Shown piece after piece: positions 44,034 to 58,404 of a DNA stretch of 64,000 nt. Origin of the DNA: Naegleria gruberi (Eukaryota); the NCBI GenBank assembly GCA_000004985.1, contig GG738860.1; one strand, given 5' to 3'. The translations under genes and the position numbers were made by a program. The notes beneath the pieces were generated by a model. The model worked only from the letters and a program-made list of their open reading frames with translations. It was not told the DNA's origin and did no database searches. How positions within the stretch are numbered: the first letter of the stretch is position 1; each line of letters opens with the position of its first letter.

Positions 44034-45332
44034 TTATATTTTATTAAGTTTACAATGAAAACAAGTCCATTCTTCACTTCGCTCAGAATTAGACACAGCA
44101 GAGAATTTGAAATTACCAAGTTTGGTAAAATCGATATTATAATCCCTAGATAGAGACTGAACATCCTCTATATCCATTCTCTCTAGAAATAGTTTGGTAA
44201 TATTTTTACCAACCTTAATATCTACAAATGGATATGATAAAATTAGTTTCAAGCATTCTATGCTGTATATTGGAATTCTGAATACTCTAAAAGAAGGATA
44301 TTTTTTGTAGAAATAGTGTAATGTGTCCATAATTTGTTTAAGATTATCATATTTGAGCTCTTTGTAAATTTCAGATCGGATATTCCATAAAAAGGAAAAT
44401 AAGTTAGTATTAAGTGTAAAATTATTGATGATATAGTTTGCCTCTTCAAAACGATATGATACTAGACTATTGTAGAGGAACATTTCAATATTTGTTGGAT
44501 AATTATTTGGAAACACGCTTTTCAATTTTTCCATTGGAACTACTGGGTTTCTTTCATAGTCCATAGATGAGAAGTACATATTCTGTTTATGTGCTAAAGC
44601 TGAAGGGTAATAACTTGATTTAGGTGTGTAAATAATTGTTAAAGAGTTGCTTCTTTCATAGTAAAATAATGGTGGCTTGAAATCGAATAGTGCATATTTA
44701 AGGTTAGGTGTTAGATCTATAATTTTGTGTAAATCAAATCCTGTTGGAAAAATGTGGTCATATGAAGAATAGTTTCTTCCAAAATTTGTTGAAAATGAAA
44801 TAAATTCCACTTTATACAACACATGACCACCACAAAGCTTTTTCATCTTATCAAATAGTTCACTAAATTTGTCAATCCACTCACTATTAGTTATGTAATA
44901 TGAAAAAAAGGATCTTTTAAACCAAGGTTTACGTTCCAATATTTCAAAATATGTATTGTCCAAATAATATCTACACAGTTTCCTTTCTGAAAATGTTGAC
45001 AAATTCAAAATTGTTGGTCAAAACGCTTGCACAGATTTTAACGGTGTTTGACAAGTTAAAAAGAAAGGCACTCTACTAGGATGATCAAAATCAACAAATT
45101 CCTCCACATTATTCATACCACTCCGTTCATATTCGTCCAATGTTGATGGCATTTCTATCATCGTATCGTAACAACTGATCACAACAAATATCACGAATAT
45201 AATCGAGGTAGTAGAAGATAATAAAGTGAATTTCCGTGGGAAGATCTGCGAGGGTGTAAACTTGTTCACATTTTTATCAGGCAAATATAAATCCAAACAA
45301 ATCAAAAAGACTACAGCACCACAGGTTCCCAA
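44034..45332 (-). CDS. Hypothetical type-II-membrane-like protein. Two consecutive in-frame ORFs (45332-45018 and 45008-44034) are separated by a single TGA, so this is either a non-canonical intron or a pseudogene.
   Basis: N-terminal TM segment (SIIFVIFVVISCY). The downstream ORF begins on TTG in the same frame right after the stop. No canonical GTAAGT donor was found. Confidence 0.3.
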
Positions 45333-45580
45333 GTTGTCTCCAACCTCAGTACTGATGTGGCTCGACGATGCTTAACTTCTCAAATCGGACGGGATGAGGT
45401 GCATTCATCGTGATATGGCCGTAGCCATTCAATTCTATAATTTCTGAATTATAAATCAACAAAGTCCCAAAGGGTTTATAAAGAGAATATGTAATATTTG
45501 GTTCTAAAAACATTTAAATATTAAATTGAAATTTTAAATAAATAATTTATAAATCTAGTTTGTTTTGTATACAAGGTCCC

Positions 45581-48226
45581 TTATTTTTTAGCATTGAGTT
45601 TGTTCTTAATCCAATTCAAAGCAGAACCAGCTCTGAACCATTCAATTTGCAAATCACTGAAAGTATGATTGAGTTCAACATCGAATGATTGACCATTTTG
45701 CTTCTTAACAGTCATTGTGACTGGCTTACCAATTTGGAATTTATCACCACCAATGTGCAAAGTGAGCTTATCAGTTGGGTCAACCTTATCGTAGTCCTTA
45801 GCATCCTTGAAAGTTAATGGCAACATTCCTTGCTTCTTCAAGTTAGTTTCGTGAATACGAGCGAATGAACGAGTAATGATAGCAACACCACCCAACCATC
45901 TTGGTTCCAAAGCAGCATGTTCACGAGATGAACCTTCACCATAGTTTTCATCACCAATAACAACCCAATTAACACCGTTAGCCTTATAATGTCTAGCAAC
46001 ATCTGGAACAGTACCGAATTCACCGGTCAATTGATTCTTAATTGAATTAGCCTTAGCATTTTCAATATTGACAGCACCAATCAACAAGTTGTTGGAGATA
46101 TTGTCCAAGTGACCTCTGTACTTCAACCATGGACCAGCCATAGAGATGTGGTCAGTAGTACACTTACCGACAACCTTAATCAAGACTGAACAGTCGTTAT
46201 AGTCCTTACCGTCCCAAGCAGAGAATGGTGACAACAATTGTAATCTGTCACTAGTTGGAGAAACATCAACAGAAATCTTAGAACCATCTTCTGGTGGAGC
46301 TTGGAAAGTATTTTCACCGGCATCGAAACCCTTAGCTGGCAATTCCATACCCTTTGGTGGAGAAAGCTTGAATTCCTTACCATCAGAACCAACCAAAGAA
46401 TCCTTCATTGGGTTGAACTTTAAGGAACCAGCAATTGACAAGGCAGTAACAATATCTGGAGAAGCAACGAAAGCATGAGTAGCAGCATTACCATCGTTAC
46501 GAGCAGTAAAGTTTCTATTGTATGAAGTAATGATAGAGTTTGATTCACCCTTCTTAGTATCCTTTCTGTCCCATTGACCAATACATGGACCACAGGCATT
46601 AGCCAAAACTTGACCACCAGCAGCTTCCAAATCAGTCAAAATATTATCACGAGAAATGGTAGCTCTGACTTGTTCGGAACCTGGAGTGATGAAGAAGTGA
46701 GCCTTACTCTTCAAACCATGTTCAGCAGCTTGTTTACAGATATCAGCAGATCTACTCATGTCTTCATATGATGAGTTGGTACAAGAACCAATCAAACCAG
46801 CACTGAGCTTTTCTGGCCAACCTTCCTTTTCAACTCTTTCAGCGAATTTTGACAATGGAGTACCAAGATCAGGAGTGAAAGGTCCGTTAATGTGTGGTTC
46901 CAAAGTATCCAAGTTAATTTCAATAATTTGATCGTAATCAGCATTCTTATCAGCCTTGAAAATATCCTTATGATCATTAATGACTTGAGCCATTTGAGTT
47001 CTCTTAGTAGAAACTAAATATCTTTCCATAGCTTCAGTATATGGGAACAAACTAGTGGTAGCTCCGATTTCAGCTCCCATATTACAAATAGTGGCCATAC
47101 CAGTACAAGAAAGAGATTCAACACCAGAACCGAAATATTCAACAATGGCACCAGTACCACCCTTAACAGTCAAAATATCAGCAACCTTCAAAATGACGTC
47201 CTTTGGAGTAGTCCAACCATTCAATTTACCAGTCAAATGAACACCAATAACCTTTGGTGTCTTTAATTCCCAAGGAATACCAGCCATAACATCAACAGCG
47301 TCAGCACCACCGACACCAATAGCAATCATACCCAAACCACCAGCATTTGGAGTGTGGGAATCAGTACCAATCATCAAACCACCTGGGAAAGCATAGTTTT
47401 CAAGGACAATTTGGTGAATAATACCACTACCTGGTTTCCAGAATCCAATATTGTGCTTAGCGGCAGCAGTAGCCAAAAAGTTATAAACTTCCTTGTTGAC
47501 ATCAACAGCCTTCTTCAAATCTTTTGTGGCACCATCTTCAGCTTGAATCAAGTGATCACAGTGAATGGTTGATGGAACTTGGACAACTGGAATTCCCGAA
47601 CTCATGAATTGGAGCATAGCCATTTGAGCAGTAGCATCTTGCATAGCCTAAATAATGTTATTAATAAGAGTATTAGTACCAAAAAATTGATGATGAATAA
47701 TTTGTTGTTGTTTTTGTTATTATTCAATTTTGATAAGAGAATGAGGTAATTGATGATTATTATAATCATAATAAACATTGTGTGATGTTCCAAATAACAA
47801 ATTGTTTCATCATTGTGTGATGAGGAGTATGTATTATTATTGTTGTATAAAACCAATAAGCCTTCAATAATCGTTTTGAATTCAACTACTTACAACTCTA
47901 TCTGGACGGAGCTTCAAATATGTCTTACCACGAACAATTTCTTGGTTTGCTGGGTCATCTAAATGGCCGTACAAAATCTTTTCAGAGAGAGTCAATGGTC
48001 TGCCGAGTCTTTGCTTGACAATATCCAAACGAGAAACAAGGCTTGAAATATCATATTCACCCTTTTCGACAAGGGAGAATGGAGCCTTGGTCTTCTTTTG
48101 TGTTGTTTGGGATTTACTAAAACGTCTGCTTTGATTGGTGGCAATTGATTGAGAAACAGAACAAGTCTTAGCTGAGTTTTGTTTAATGACTCTCTTCATT
48201 TTTTTTACGTAATAACAGGATACCAA
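45581..48226 (-). CDS. Aconitate hydratase (mitochondrial-type aconitase). Two exons: 48226-47894 and 47647-45581, about 799 aa.
   Basis: A GTAAGT donor and TTTTAG acceptor (246-nt intron) recreate the conserved …LRPDRV|[14 protein letters not shown]… motif. Fe-S ligand regions CGPCIGQW and SCTNSS are present, and the swivel domain runs to the C-terminus. Confidence 0.9.
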
Positions 48227-48854
48227 TCCACTATGCCTTCGGGAGAATTAAAAATATTTGGTCATTGTAAACTTGAGTGACTTTGTGTTCCTCTTAATAT
48301 TAATTACCAGTACCAATAAAAGAACGAAAACTTACGAGAGTGGCATTTGGTAGTGGAGACTTGTAATAATAGCTCGTATTTTCGAAATTCGCCACAACAT
48401 TCAATCAACACAATACATCAAGGCGTTTTACTTGTTGAGGCGAATAGAAAAAGTAACAACGTTGAAGGATGGAACGTTATTAGCAGGCAGAGGAATGCAA
48501 AGATTGGTGATAATTTGGCGTTTAACTGTAGACTACAGCTTAAGAATCTTATTGATTGAATTTGCGGTACTAAGCAGAAAAAGGAAAAATCTCCACAATT
48601 ATTTAGTTGTTACCTATTATTAATTCGGAAACAAGGATTTATTGGTAAGCTTCCCAATGAATGATACTGTAAATCGGTGAAATGGATGTAATATGAAATT
48701 ATTGTAAAAGCTATTTCAATATTACATCTGTTTAAATATTGAATAGCTTACAATTAAAGGTTACAATAATTTATTGACAATATAAGTTATACAAATAAAA
48801 GGTTTGTTTGAGGGGAGAATTGTTGGGTGTTAAAGGAGGGTTGAATTTTAAAAT

Positions 48855-50535
48855 TTAATTTTTCAATCCATATTTCTTCAATAATTCATCTTCCAAATTC
48901 TTTTGTTGGAGTTCTTGCCATTCAGGAGAACTAGAGAAATTAAAGGTTAATTAAATTGAAAATAAAAACTTACTCAAAACCAACAAATGTCCAGAAATCT
49001 TCAGGACCAGCCTTGAAAAGTTTTGGTGTAAAGACCTGTCCTTGTTGTTCACGTTCCTTCTTTACATTTCTTTGCTCGGTTTCAACCTTATCCTTCTCTA
49101 TGGCAGCAAGTTGAACATCATTTTGCTTGATTGCCTTTGTAAGGTTATCCCACAACTTCCTGGATTCATTGTCCTTTTGAACTTCCATTGGAGGTACGTG
49201 TTTTGGAACAACTTCAGCAGACCTGACATCAAAGAATAATTCTTCACTATTCTTGTCGGAATCCTATTGTGTTTAATATGAATGTAATAATAATATTATT
49301 CCAAGATTATTGTTGTTGTGTTGTTATTATTGTCGTTATTGTTGTTATTGTTGTAAAAATGTTGATGATTGGATGGTTAAATAATGTTGGTGAAATTAAT
49401 CTACTACTAACCTTTCCTTTGATGTATAATTTTTCGTTCCATTTTCCACGTATTTGATAAATAGTCTTCTTCTTGTGTTTTATCTTTGCTGAGACAACAT
49501 TATATTCTCCTCCGAAGAATGGTTTGCTCTTAAATTCAATTTCTGCTAACATATTTGTTTTCTTACATTCAATCTTAGTTTTACCAGCCATTTCCATGAT
49601 AAGTTTACCAAAGATCACACCTCTGGCATAAACACTTGGCCAAGTGGCTGTATAAACTTCATTTCCACGAGAACCAAAAGTAATTTTGATATTACCTTCA
49701 GTAATAGAAGCTGCTGAGTTGCCCAAGAACTTTGATCTTGGATAGTACCATCCTTCAAGTAAAAGTTCCTTTTGTTTACATTCAGCATAGATGGCACTCT
49801 TTGGAGGGTGATGACTCACTTGTTCACCTATACAAGTCATTAAACCATTTTCTCTAAGTTCATAATTGCAACGGAATACTTCACCAAGAACTGGGTTGTA
49901 TGGTTTCTTTACACCTTTTGGCTTTACGTGCCATCCTGACAAATACCATCTAACAAGATGAACCATTCTTTGGATTGGGTCATCATCATCCATGGCTCTA
50001 AATTACAATAGTATTGTTCGATTTGGTGTAAAAATGTTGATGATATTAAAAAACATGATGTTTTGGTAATTGTGTCAAATATTCAATCATGGATAGATTC
50101 ATGTTAATACAATTAGAAAGGTAATGATGGTGATAATAGATTAATGACAACAAGAATGATTGGAAGAATAACAGCAATAATAACAATTAATCTATCATCT
50201 TGATACATTTAAAAAACAACAACTTACGTGGTGAGTAAATGGGCATGAGTATTAAAGTCGGTTAACTTTTCCAATAGAGAACGTGGTTCAAGGAAATCGC
50301 AAGGAATTGGAATTTTAGTCAAATCCATACCAATCTTCAATTGTCCCATAAATTGCATCAACATGCTCTTTGTATTTTCATTCAAAATTTCGATATCATC
50401 CTCGGATTGTCCTTTAAACATTTCACATTGTTCTTCTTCCTTTGAGAGTTCCCTTGGTGGAGCTTCTTCAGCGACCGATGAATCAGAATCAGAAATATCC
50501 TCAACACTTGTTGATTGTACGAGCTTATTAGACAT
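48855..50535 (-). CDS. Oxysterol-binding protein (short OSBP/ORP). Four exons: 50535-50228, 49997-49412, 49263-48974, 48930-48855, about 419 aa.
   Basis: OSBP fingerprint EQVSHHPP. N-terminal MDLTKIPIPCDFLEPRSLLEKLTD. Exons linked through GTAAGT/GTTAGT donors and AG acceptors with introns of 230, 148 and 43 nt. C-terminal …FVGFE|DSPEWQELQQKNL…. Confidence 0.75.
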
Positions 50536-51251
50536 TTTTTTGTTTTGCTGTGTGGCTTCTTTGGTGGGCAGCGAATATTATTCAACAAAAGATGCATTAA
50601 AAAAACCTGTTCAACTGGGCCTCTAAAATACTGTCATTCTAGAAGCAATTTGCGATTATCTTCTCTTTATGAATCGCACATCTTAGCTACCTATTGTTCG
50701 ATGGAATGATTGTGAATGAGATGATTGAAACACATGAGGTTTTGCATTGAGAAGAGTTGAAACTAGTTGGTTTGTGTTGAGGTGAAATTTTAACTGCAAC
50801 CGTTGAGATTAGATTCTTGACAGGTTTTGTTCCTGAGAGATGACAAGAGGAGCACTCAACCAAACATAGCTGTAGAAAGCATTGTAAACTGAGAGATTTT
50901 CCCTTACATTAATATTCAACTGCTTCATTAAAACAGTAAAACCATAACACTGGTTGTTTGCAATTTGGATAGTTCAAATCAAGGAACCTTGATTCAAGCA
51001 AATGAACTGCAATTCATCTCCCCAACTTAATGCACTATTTGGAATGTATTTCCAGACAAAAAAACATGCATTCTTAATTTGGGCTCAAATCTCAGATACC
51101 CCAATCACAACACTTTCATATTTCAGCTCAAATTTTTCCCTGAATATTTTTGAATCTTTCTTCAACAACATAATATTTACATTTCCATTCAATTATTCTT
51201 GTGTGGGTGTTGATGCATCACAACATATAATTCAAACTATCGAATCAAAAA

Positions 51252-53786
51252 ATGACCACAAAACGAGGACGTCAAACAACAAGGGAATCCAATTCAACCT
51301 TGTCATCAAACTCTGGAGGCTCCTCTTCTGATTCGGATGATTCATCATCTACTTCATCAGAAAAAAGTATGAAACAAAGGAAGAAAAATAGTAAATCGTT
51401 TAACATGGATGCTCCTTCACATGTTCCTGTTTTGATGGGTAATAATCCATCACCTCATCATTTACTACCTCCAGGAGCCTATCATCCTTCCATGATGGGA
51501 AAAAATCTTCATCAACAACAAACAATTCAGAGTAGTAGTAATAATCATCAACCAGTACAACAACCAGTAGTAGTTGTGAATAATCAAGTTCCGAATCAAC
51601 AGGCATTGAAATCAAGAATATCCAGTGAACAAGTAGCCTATTGTCCATCATGTTCTTTTATTGGAAATAAGTCACATTTGCCTCAATCGATATCGTCGGT
51701 GAGTGTGGAAACTAACTTTAATTCTCAAACTGTATCCATGAATGAATGTTATGAATCTATTTATCATCAATTTGTGATAAAAATTACCTCTGCAAGACCA
51801 TTTCAGAGAATGTGTTTTTATTTGAATAATGTAGGATCTGAAACTAATTCAAAAACAATTCAACTTTCACAAAATGATAGTCTAGAAGGACCCTTCTCTC
51901 AACTTCAAATAGTATTTGCATCAATTTATTTATCGAGTGCTCTATTAACAGAGCCTCTAATTTCCTCTCAAAATTTACCATTTCTCAATGAAAATTCAGC
52001 GAGACCTTTCATACAATTTGGAAATGTTGAATGTACGTTATTTCTTCAATAATTTTATGGATATATTCTCAAACATTTTCTCACTATTATTATTCCTAAT
52101 AATGATAATTATTTAGGTCGAGGAAACGAAATCCTAATCCCTCTCCAATTCTTATCTAATGATCCTGAGAAATACTTTCAACAACAATATCAAATTACAA
52201 ATCCAAACACTGAGATAGATTTTTCTAATACCAAAAGTGTGATTGGAGCTTTACTAGATATCCAATCAACAACTTTGAGCTCTACTACATTGAATAGTAC
52301 TGAGTGTGCATCACCAATTAGCACCCTCATCAGTAGCTCAACAGTTTCGTTAACCTTCCCTTACTCTGTGAATAGATCCAAAATAGTTGCTTCCATTCCA
52401 AGGTTAGTTTCTAAAAACCATTCCATAACAACTAACAATACCCTTAGTAATTTGATGCAAAGTGATTTACCTCTTATTTACCATGATATTAGGCAGCACG
52501 GAAAGGGAACCTTACTATGGTATCCAATTCATGTTCCTTTCCTTTCGAATGGCTTAAAATTATTATGTTTACTCGCTCACAATACATCAAATGATAAGCA
52601 TAAAGATTTATTCGGAAGATTTTCAAATGATAATGAATTGAGATATCTTAATGTGGGATCTCTGCTATTGGAATTTATTAATGGACTTATGAGTGAACAA
52701 AAGGTACGGTTAAAATTTTAAAAGCTCACATTTCTTAACATTTATATAGAAAAAATACTCCTATGTCTATGAAATGAAAAATCAATCAGTCTTCCCAATG
52801 AATGAGAAGAAGACTGTAAAGATATTAACCCACAGTAATTTACACAGACACAAAATTGGTGATGAGGCTTCTATAACGAATAATAGCTTTTGGATGGGAA
52901 ACTCTGACATTAATGTATACCAGAACAAGTGTATTGTTAAGGTACTACAATATGGAGTTTGTAAGAAAGCCATTGTAAATCACCCATACGATTCGTTTGC
53001 TTCAACTGAGGAGGATGATATTGAAATTGTTTATTTTATAGAGTATTCAACATCAAGAGGACCAAAGAATATGTTTGTCTCAGAGGGGGAGCTTCACACA
53101 CTTGCTGGATCAAATCCTGAACTCTCCAAAGAGGAAATTATCAAAAAAGAAAGTAATGACAAGTTATATAATGAGGCTCTTCAGCAAGTTTATAATATCA
53201 ATGCTCAAGATTTATTGAATTTGGAAAAGAAATATCAATTACAGCAACTCAATGAAGAGCAAGAATATCATCAAACCAATCACTTTAAAGGAGATTTACA
53301 TTTACATGGTAACCTGCTACTGAAAGGTCATTTGAAAATTCAAAAACAAGCATCTTGTGTTGAAAGAGTTATTATGAATGTAGATTTGAATAACATTGAT
53401 TACTACATGCTATTTGTCGATAGCATTCCATCTGACGTACCTATTAAGGTAATGCTTTGCCTCTGCACTAAATTTACTGATTCAACAGTGAGAGCTCAAC
53501 CAGTCACAATTTTAGAAACACCAAACTACTTTATCTATCCAAGGGTATTTAAGAGCGATGTAAGTATTTCAAATTGTTACATTCATTATTAACATAATGT
53601 TAATAGAATATGGTAGATATTTGGTTCGAATGTCGATCAATTGGGAGTCAAGAAAAATTAGAAAGTACAACACCTCTGCCTTTCAAACCAACAAATGAAA
53701 ATCCAAGCAATATTGAACCACTTGTTCCTCTTGCTTGGCAACATTTCTTTTTGAAGAAGGCATCATCATTTAATAAACAAGATTAA
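51252..53786 (+). CDS. Hypothetical protein. Four exons: 51252-52032, 52117-52703, 52750-53559, 53607-53786, about 785 aa.
   Basis: Three ORF-track pieces plus a short terminal exon join in frame through GTACGT, GTACGG and GTAAGT donors and TTTAG/ATATAG/TAATAG acceptors (introns 84, 46 and 47 nt). S- and Q-rich N-terminus. No domain recognised. Confidence 0.5.
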
Positions 53787-53888
53787 ACAGATATCTGTTT
53801 GTAATAATATATTCAAAAAGATTCTTCATCAAATAATTCAAATACAAAAAAATAGAACGATCACCATCCACACAATAATATTAACAAA

Positions 53889-56800
53889 ATGAGAGGAGGA
53901 AGAAGAGGTGGTGGAAACAGAGGAAGAGGAAACAGAAGACAAAGAGGTCCACCAAGAAGAGGAGGAAGACCACCACAAGATGGTAGACCTGCTATCGGAG
54001 GAGGAGGTGCTCTCATTGATTTGACTGTTGAAGATGATTATTTATTAGAAGATAATGGTGATGACGATTCATCATCGGAAGAAGAGGAAGAATTTGATTC
54101 AAATCAACCAAAAACATCCAATTCATCTGCATCGGATAAGAAGGTTGTTAAAACCTATGCATCAGGAAAACAACAATTTTATGAACAAAATAGACACAGA
54201 TTTGAGATGAATTCTGAAGTTTTAACATGGACATTAGAAGATTTGGAAACACCAATAGAGTTGGATCCAGTTCCTGATCATTTTAGAGATACGAAACATT
54301 ATTGTTCAAGTTTTTTGGATTATATTTTCGAAGAGACTAGAGCTTGTATTTATCAATCTTTGGAAACTAATAATCATGGTGATATGGCAAAATGCTCTAT
54401 TGTCAAATGGAAGAAGGGAAAGAATCGTGGAGAATCTGCTACTATTTATTTTGATATTATTCCGAGACCACCAAAAGATCCAAACATGACACCTTATATT
54501 CCAATGTTTCAAAAACATGATTATTGTGTAGTAACTACTGAACCATCCCTTCAAAATTTGGAATCACAAAATCATTTCTTTTGTATTATTGAAGAGGGTA
54601 ATCAAATTAGTTCAAACAAATTTCAACAACAAAGTCAACCATGGAGTCGTAGAAATGGTGGAAAAGGTGGAAGAAGAAGAAGAGGAGGAAAAGGAGGAAG
54701 AGGAGGTAGAGAAAGACCATCAAAGCCAATGTCTAATATCAAAACAAATTTCAAAGCTAAATTCCATGCCTCTAGTGTTACCAAGCATTTACTTAACATG
54801 GATGCTACTGCAAGAAAAGGAAAAAAACAAAAACAAAAGCGTCAATCAAATAATGGACAAAGACAAAATTGGTTTATTTTTCCAATCTTCACAATGGTTA
54901 CAAAACACAGAGAGTATGAAGCAATTCAAAAATCTGCTATTCCTGCTCCTCTTTTCAATGTATTGAAGGGTGAAAAGTCTTATCACAAAAAGTCTCAACC
55001 GGATGGACAAAATATTGCACCACCTTTAAGAGAATTCTTAATGAAGTCATACAATAGTTCACAATTTAGAGCTATTGATCAAGTTTTAAACTTGGATGAG
55101 AGAGTTCAATGTATTCATGGACCTCCAGGTACTGGTAAGGTATGTAAATAATTAACATAAGAATATCTTAATAATTTTCAAAATAGACAAGTGTACTTCT
55201 AGGATTAATCATGGCACTCTTGGCTAATAAGAAGAGAATTCTTGTTTGTTCAGGAACTAACGTAGCTGTCGATCACATTGTTGCCAAACTCTCTCAAAAT
55301 GGGTTGATAAATAGTAATGGTGAAAAGTATCAATTATCAATTAACAAAATGGCAAGAATTGGTAATGACGAAAAAATTGATGAGCTAAGTAAGAGAATAG
55401 ATCCTGCCACTCGTTTCAAACAACTTCAAAGAGCTGTCAAGGATATTATTCACTGTGTAGAATTGATTCGTAAGGAATTATTTGAAGTTATGGAGAAATC
55501 TAGGCAAAGTAATACAGCATTCAATGCAAGAAATTCTATCAAGGGAAGAACTGAGAAGGTTATCAAACTCATTAAGAATACAGAAGAAACCATTACAAAA
55601 CTTTTATTAACCAAGTTGATCAATCAGGAAATGGTAAATACTGTCAGTGAAAAATTCTCTAAGGTAACAGAACATATTCAAACATTCTTGGAATTTGGTA
55701 ACAATAATGAAGCCAAGAAAATAGATTTAAAAAATGGAGCTGAGGATATTTATCAAGAAATTGATTCCTTTTACAAGGAATTACAAGTCTATCTTGTTGT
55801 TGATAACAGAGATGTGGAAAAGAAGATTCTTGATAATTGTGATTTGGTATTTGCCACTCTAGCTATCACTGGTAGACATCTTATGAGATCATGCAAAGCT
55901 TTTGATATTATCATTATTGATGAAGCTGCTCAAGTTACAGAAAGTGAAAGTGTTATTCCACTCGATTTGGCAACAGAAAAGCTTGTCTTGATTGGTGACC
56001 CTAAACAGCTTCCTTCAACTGTTATTTCAAATGAAGCTGTTGAAAAGAATTACAATAGAAGTATGTTCGAGCGATTGATGAAATTGGCAAACACCAAAGG
56101 ATTCTCTATTCATAAGCCAGTTCTATTGGATACTCAATATCGTATGCACCCTAAAATTTCCAGATTCCCAGAACATCAATTCTATCATTCTGTCCTTAAA
56201 GATGGTGAAAATGTCAAAAAATACGATGTTCATCCAGAATGGCAACCTGTTTATGAACTTGGATTGGAACCTTGCCTATTCATGAATTGTCCAAAATCTG
56301 CTGAAACTTTCAATCCTAAACTCAAGAGTTACAATAATGAAGAAGAGGCTGATACCATTGTAAAAATTATTGATTTGTACATGAATAAGTATGGAATTTC
56401 GAGATCCAAGATTGCAGTCATTACTTTCTATCGTGCTCAAGTAGATTTGATTCGTGAAAAGTTGACAGAATATGAAAAGAAGAATCCACACCCAGTTAGA
56501 GTAGTAACTCCAGTTGCTACTCCTCAAGTTACAGCTGTTCCAAAGCAAGAAAACCCGACAACAGAACAAGAAAAGCCTGTTGAAAATGCTGGTGAAGGAA
56601 CCTCTGAAGAAATTTCTATTGAAGATTTACTTCCAATTGATGATTCATCAGATAGCGATGAAGAAGAGGAAATTGTTGAAGAGGAATGGTTCGATGTGAA
56701 CACTGTAGATTCTTACCAAGGAAGTGAAAAGCAAGTTATTATTCTCTCAACAGTTCGTGCCAATGATAGAAATAGTTTGGGTTTCTGTGTAGATCAGAGA

Positions 56801-58324
56801 CGTTTGAATGTAGCTATTACTAGAGCTCAATTTTCACTTGTTATTGTTGGTAATGGTGAAAATCTCTGTTCCAATGATTTGTATAGAGAATTTATTAAGA
56901 ATACAAAGGTTGTTGAACCAAGAGATTTCTTCCAATTAGAAAATGATGCACAAGAAACTGATAACATGCTGTTGAGAAATTTGAATAGAAATAGCTTGAA
57001 CTTAACATCTGCCTTGTTAAACAACAAGTCTATGGTCTCAGAATTGGGACAAGATTTGGAGACCATCTCTAATACTATTATTGATCTCAGTTTAGATAAG
57101 GACAACCACATTCTCTTATTCCAAGCTTTAAAAACTTTGAATATTAACTTCAAGAGAACATTCCAATATGGTAATAATTTATATCATAGAGCCATCTATT
57201 CTAGATCATATGATTGTGTTTTGGAGTTGCTCAAGAGTCCAAAATCTCATTCACTCCTCTTTGATTTGAATCAACAAAAGAATTTACCAATTCACTCATT
57301 GGTATTGGAATATGGTAAGAGAAAACCACAAGAAAAGGAAAAGATGAAGATTGCCTTTGAAAATATGATAACAGTGCTTCTTGAACATAAGCCAACTGCA
57401 ATTCAAAGACAAATTTTACAAATAGACTCTGATGATCCATATGAAGTTTTTGATGTGCCAAGCGGAATTGATCAAACTATTGATGTTACAATTTTAAAAC
57501 AGGATTTGGATGATTTAATGGAAATTGTGGTAAAGCATGATTTGTTGCCTGAGGATGAAAGTTTGGAATTGATGAGTAAGGGACTTAAATGTGAAAGATT
57601 TTTCAAGCCACCCCCACCAGTCATTAACAATATACAACAACAACAACAACAACAAGTCAACCAACCTCAACAAAAGAGACCACAACACAAGGCTCACCAA
57701 AACAATAACAATGCCAATAAGCAACAACCACAAGGCAATAATGGTAGACCTAGCTCTTCCAATCAAGTTCCTCCACAACCACAACACCAACAAGCAAACA
57801 ATAAGCATCAACATAATAACAGAGATAATAGACAAGCTCCACAGCAACAAAAGAACACTCAACCACAACAACATCAACAAAAACCACATTTTGTTAATAA
57901 GCAATCTCAATCTCAACCACAACAGCAACAGCAACAAGTGTTTGTGAAAAAGACTGACTCTACTACTAACCAACCACATCATAAACAAGCTCAATCCCAA
58001 CCACAACACAAGCAACAGCAACAACACTTTGTTAAAAAGGTAGAAACACCTCAACAGCCAAAACCACAGAGTCAACCATCTGCCTCCAATAACAATACTG
58101 GATATCAATCTCAATACGAACAATTTAAGCAATTAATGCAAGCCAAGTTTGCCACAGATTCTACTCAAACACCTCCTCCAACCAATTCAAACAACCCAAC
58201 CCAGCAACAAGCTCCATCCCAAAACAATCAAAAGCAAGTGAATCATCCTTTCAGAGATTACAAGAAACAAGGAGGAGGAAATAATCGATCATTCCATAAT
58301 AATCAATCCAATAATAACAAGTAA
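53889..58324 (+). CDS. Superfamily-I Upf1/Sen1-like RNA/DNA helicase with an RGG-rich N-terminus and a Q/N-rich C-terminal tail. Two exons: 53889-55139 and 55187-58324, about 1462 aa.
   Basis: The Walker A motif GPPGTGK|TSVLL is split by a 47-nt intron (GTATGT…AAATAG). Also DEAAQ, GDPKQLP, LDTQYRMHP, VDSYQGSEK, LNVAITRA. The N-terminus is MRGGRRGGGNRGRGNRRQRG. Confidence 0.85.
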
Positions 58325-58404
58325 ATTATGAACACTTAATTATTTCAATTTTACCAAGCAGTATTACAAAGAAAATGAACAATAACATTTAAAAATAGAA
58401 AAAA

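Noticed and set aside
47648-47893. Intronic box C/D snoRNA in the long aconitase intron.
   Set aside because: A UGAUGA-like C box is present but no CUGA D box or terminal stem was found. Kept only as a low-interest note.
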